A stretch of 55,076 bases of DNA, counting the filler, from Basidioascus undulatus (Eukaryota), in assembly GCA_000826855.1 (NCBI GenBank). It is 4 parts of 4 records of this genome, joined end to end, with 100 filler letters (N's around TTAATTAATTAA, not from the genome) between each part and the next. Parts side by side here need not be neighbours in the genome. Positions count along the whole stretch, not along the records: positions 41,373 to 55,076 come from JTLS01000793.1; 3 more parts are not named here. One strand, 5' to 3'. Shown in pieces: positions 51,844 through 55,076 of this stretch (position 1 is its first letter; each line of letters begins with the position of its first letter). A program made the translations under genes and the position numbers. The notes beneath the pieces were generated by a model. It made no database searches, was not told the DNA's origin, and saw only the letters and a program-made list of their open reading frames with translations.

Positions 51844-53220
51844 TCAGCACCATGCGAACCTATCACCCGTGCGCAAGCTCATCAGCCGCTACTCATCCCG
51901 CGCCTCGCTTCCAACCCAACCCAACACGACGTACCTCTCATTAACGACCCACTCGACGTCCCGCGGTTCCGCCCCCGGGTGATACCACGCGATCCCCGGC
52001 AGATGGACCGTCCTGTTCTCCAGCCTTCCGCCCTCCACGACCTCCCCCTCCACCTGCAAATCCACATTCCACGCCGTCACCCGCCCCAGGCCCTGCGCGC
52101 GCGCGACGTGCTTGGCGAGGCGCACGAGGCGCGCGAGCTCGGCTGGGTTGAAATGGGAGAACCGGAGGCGCAGGATGATGAGGGTGTGCTCGGAGTAGGA
52201 GGGGTGGAAGAGGATGAAGGGTGGTGGGGTGGTGCTGGAGGGGCGAAGGATAGCGCCAAGAGGGGGCACCGGGAGGGACAGTAGGAGCGCCTGGCGGTAG
52301 TGTGTGGAGCGGTGGAGGAGGTAGAGCGCGAGAGGCGGCGTGGGGAGAATCGCGCACCGGGCGGAGCCGGGGGGCGGAGGGTTGGCGGAGAGGGAGGCGA
52401 GCAGGGCTGCGTGGTCAGCTTCGAGCAGGGGCTCGAGGGCTTCGGGGGAAGTGACGAGCTCGAGGTCCGCGTCTTCCTTGTCCGGCTCGGACTCGGAGGG
52501 ATCCTCCACGTCCCAAACGACCTCGCGCTCGCCCGTCGTGCGCCAGCCCTGCCCCACACGCTCATAGTACCGTCCCACATCGGAGTAAAGCACGCTGAAC
52601 GCTGCGTCCCCGAACCCTTTCACAGGGACATCGCGCTCCGGGGGTGGGGAGAGAGGAACGGGGTGCGGCGACCCGGGCGGGGCGAGGCGGTAGTGCAGCA
52701 GCTCGAGCATCCGCTGGGCGTACCCCCGCCGCCGTAAGGCGGGCGGGCAGAAGACGGAGGCGATGCCGTAGGCGGTTACGGGGGTGGGTGAGGGGGAGGA
52801 GGGTAGCTGGATGTGCGTTGAGGGGCGGCGGTAGGTCTCGCAGGAGGCGAGGAAGGAGAGGGTTTGGGGGTCGGTATGGGGCACGAGAACCCTGTTGGAG
52901 GAGGGTTGGTGGATGCAGTGTAGGTCTGGGTGAGGGAAGGGGAAAGAGGAAGACGCACCAGGTAGTGAAGTTCTCGCCTGCGTGCTCCTTCTCCGCCAGA
53001 GACACCTCCCGGTCGAGGTACTGCTCGAACGTGTACTTTTCTGCAGCTGTTTCCCCACTTTTAGTATGAGAGATACGAATGTAATGGGAGGGGAGGGGAG
53101 GGGAGGAAGCGACGCACCGCCCCAGTGTGGGTGGCTGTTCTTGAGGCTCTGGTGGACCTGCCCGGGCGTCGCGGGGACGAGGACGAGGGACTCGAGAGGG
53201 GGGAAGGCGGGGGCGCTCAT
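51844..53220 (-). CDS. GNAT-family N-acetyltransferase (Lyc1-like)
   Basis: LVPATPGQ..HWG|..EQYLDRE..TTW|VLVP..LSFLASCETYRRP, AYGIASVFCPPALRRRGYAQRML (acetyl-CoA motif A), SVLYSDVGRYY, LPGIAWY, VEWVVNER|FAWC*. Confidence 0.85.
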
Positions 53221-53469
53221 TGTTGTGGATAATCTGTGTGGGTTTGTGGGCGAAGAAAGAGGATGGTGGGTTTGAGAAGAGAAGGAGAGCAAAGGAGAGA
53301 AGACGCTGTCGAGTCAATGCAGTTGCCAAGCTGCAGTTGCGTCCAGCCGGCCCTGACTTCCGATTCTGACATATCGACGACGCGTGGCAGTTTACAGTTG
53401 ACGTGGAGCGCCGCTTTCCTACTCGACTAGGCTGCCTTCTGACCCTCACTCCCAACCACACTCGTTATC

Positions 53470-55076
53470 ATGGTCCTCACCCGCCGCAAAGCGGCAGACA
53501 CGCAACCTGATCAACCCAGCCATCTCGACCACGATCACGTCCACATCCACGAGCACGGGCACGAGCGCCACGGCCACTCGCACTCGCTGTTTGGGGGGCA
53601 CTCGCACTCTGATGATGCGGGGCAGGTGCGTCCCGGACAGGTAGGTTCTTCGTTCGAATGCGCTCATTTTGGTGGGTGAACAGGGCGCGGAGCTGCTCAT
53701 AACCTCTTTGAGCAAGAGTGCGTCTTTGAGCATTGGGAAGGGGAGGACAGCACCGAGCTGACACTTGCACTTGTACGGCGGCGCAGATGATGCCGGCTCA
53801 CGCATCACGCTCATCGGCTTCGTGGCCAACGTCGTCCTCACCCTGTCCAAGGGCATCGCAGGATGGTGCGTTGCGTCCCAGCCCGCTCTACTCTAAGAGA
53901 AAGTTGACCCTCCCTCCGCCCCTCTGCAAGGACGCTTAACTCCGCCTCGCTCCTCGCGGAAGCAATGCACTCCGCGTCCGACATGCTCGCCGACATCGTC
54001 ACCCTCCTCACCTGGAAGCTCTCGTCCGTCCCCCTCCTCCATCTCTCTCCCCCGCACCTCACACCTCACACCCTCCCCAGGCGCCGCCCGCCCTCCCCGT
54101 CCTGGCCCCTCGGCTACGCCAAGTTCGAGACGTTCGGGACGCTTGGCGTCGCGCTCGCGCTCATGGGCGCGAGCCTCGCAATCCTCGTCCACTCCACCGC
54201 GCTCCTCGCTGCTGCGCTCGACACGTCCGGCTCGGGCGGAGGCGGGCTCGTGGGGTGGCTTGAGCATGCACGGGATGCCGTGGGCTTCTTGTGCGTCCCT
54301 CCCACCTTCCACCAACTTCGCCTGCTCCGTGCGTAGGGCTATGAGGGATCGCTGATGTTGGATTTGGAGAAAGCAGGGGACACACCCACTCGCACTCTGC
54401 TTCCGACCACGCGCACTCCCACTCCCACTCCCACTCTCATTCTGACGGCGACAGCGACCCCACCGCCGCTCCGCTTGGAGTGCTCAACCCACACGCAGCG
54501 TGGTTCGCGCTCTTCTCGCTCATCGGCAAAGAATACCTGTACCGGCTCAGTGCGTATCCTCCCCCATGCCCTCCCCTCCACCTTCTCACCTCTTTCACTC
54601 TCGCCTTCCCTCTTTCTTCTCTCTCTGAATCCATTTCCCGACTATGATCCCGTTCCCACTCCCAGCGAAACGTGTCGCCACCGCCGAGCACTCCTCGGTC
54701 CTACACGCCTACGCAACGCACCACCGCGCCGACGCCTCCTCCTCCCTCCTCGCGCTCCTCTCGATCCTCTCCGCGCATTTCGGTCTGCGAGCGCTCGACC
54801 CGCTCGGCGGGCTCCTCGTAGCCATCGGGATCGGTCTGCAATCCACGCGCATCGCGCTCGGGGCCCTCGCGGAGCTGGCGGACCGCGCCGCCCCGCCATC
54901 TAGCACTGCGGACGTGCGCATTGCGCTCGACCCCCTGCTTGTCGAGGAGGGCGGGATGCTTCTTAGTGTGAGGGGCGTGCGGGCCCTCAGGGCGGGCGGG
55001 GCGATCAGGGTCGAGCTGGAGCTGGAGCTGGATGGGCGGAGGGAGGTGAGGGAGGCGGTGCAGGTTGAGAGGAGGG
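53470..55076 (+). CDS. Cation diffusion facilitator (Mmt1/Mmt2-like metal transporter), runs off window end
   Basis: His-rich N-terminus, GSRITLIGFVANVVLTLSKGIAGW, NSASLLAEAMHSASDMLADIVTL (HxxxD), PLGYAKFETFG, a His-Ser repeat loop, KEYLYR, HHRADASSS (HxxxD) and LDPLGGLLV. Confidence 0.88.

Overview
This is intron-rich, GC-rich eukaryotic DNA. Intron size, splice signals and gene families point to a basidiomycete fungus; the taxon cannot be fixed from sequence alone. It comes from a draft assembly with three 100-nt N gaps, each carrying a TTAATTAATTAA linker. Apparently intact genes: formate dehydrogenase with a mitochondrial-type presequence, a Cbf1-like bHLH factor, a velvet-domain regulator, a family X DNA polymerase, YTH1/CPSF30, a DHA1 MFS transporter, 2-oxoglutarate dehydrogenase E1, a secreted App1-domain protein, a Lyc1-like GNAT acetyltransferase, an Mmt-like CDF metal transporter and several hypotheticals. 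The most striking pattern is at least eight recognisable but broken accessory genes between them: a formate/nitrite transporter, an Atg22-like MFS, a copper amine oxidase, an arsenate reductase plus Acr3 pair, a membrane protein, a Dal5-like permease and a Zn2Cys6 factor. They carry nonsense codons, frameshifts, lost start or splice signals and deletions, consistent with ongoing decay of nutrient-scavenging and detoxification functions. Other points are a putative formate transport/oxidation gene neighbourhood, unusually long introns in three regulatory genes (one holding a perfect Cbf1 site inside the Cbf1-like gene) and at least four GC-AG introns. Exon models were built by hand, so some boundaries are approximate.
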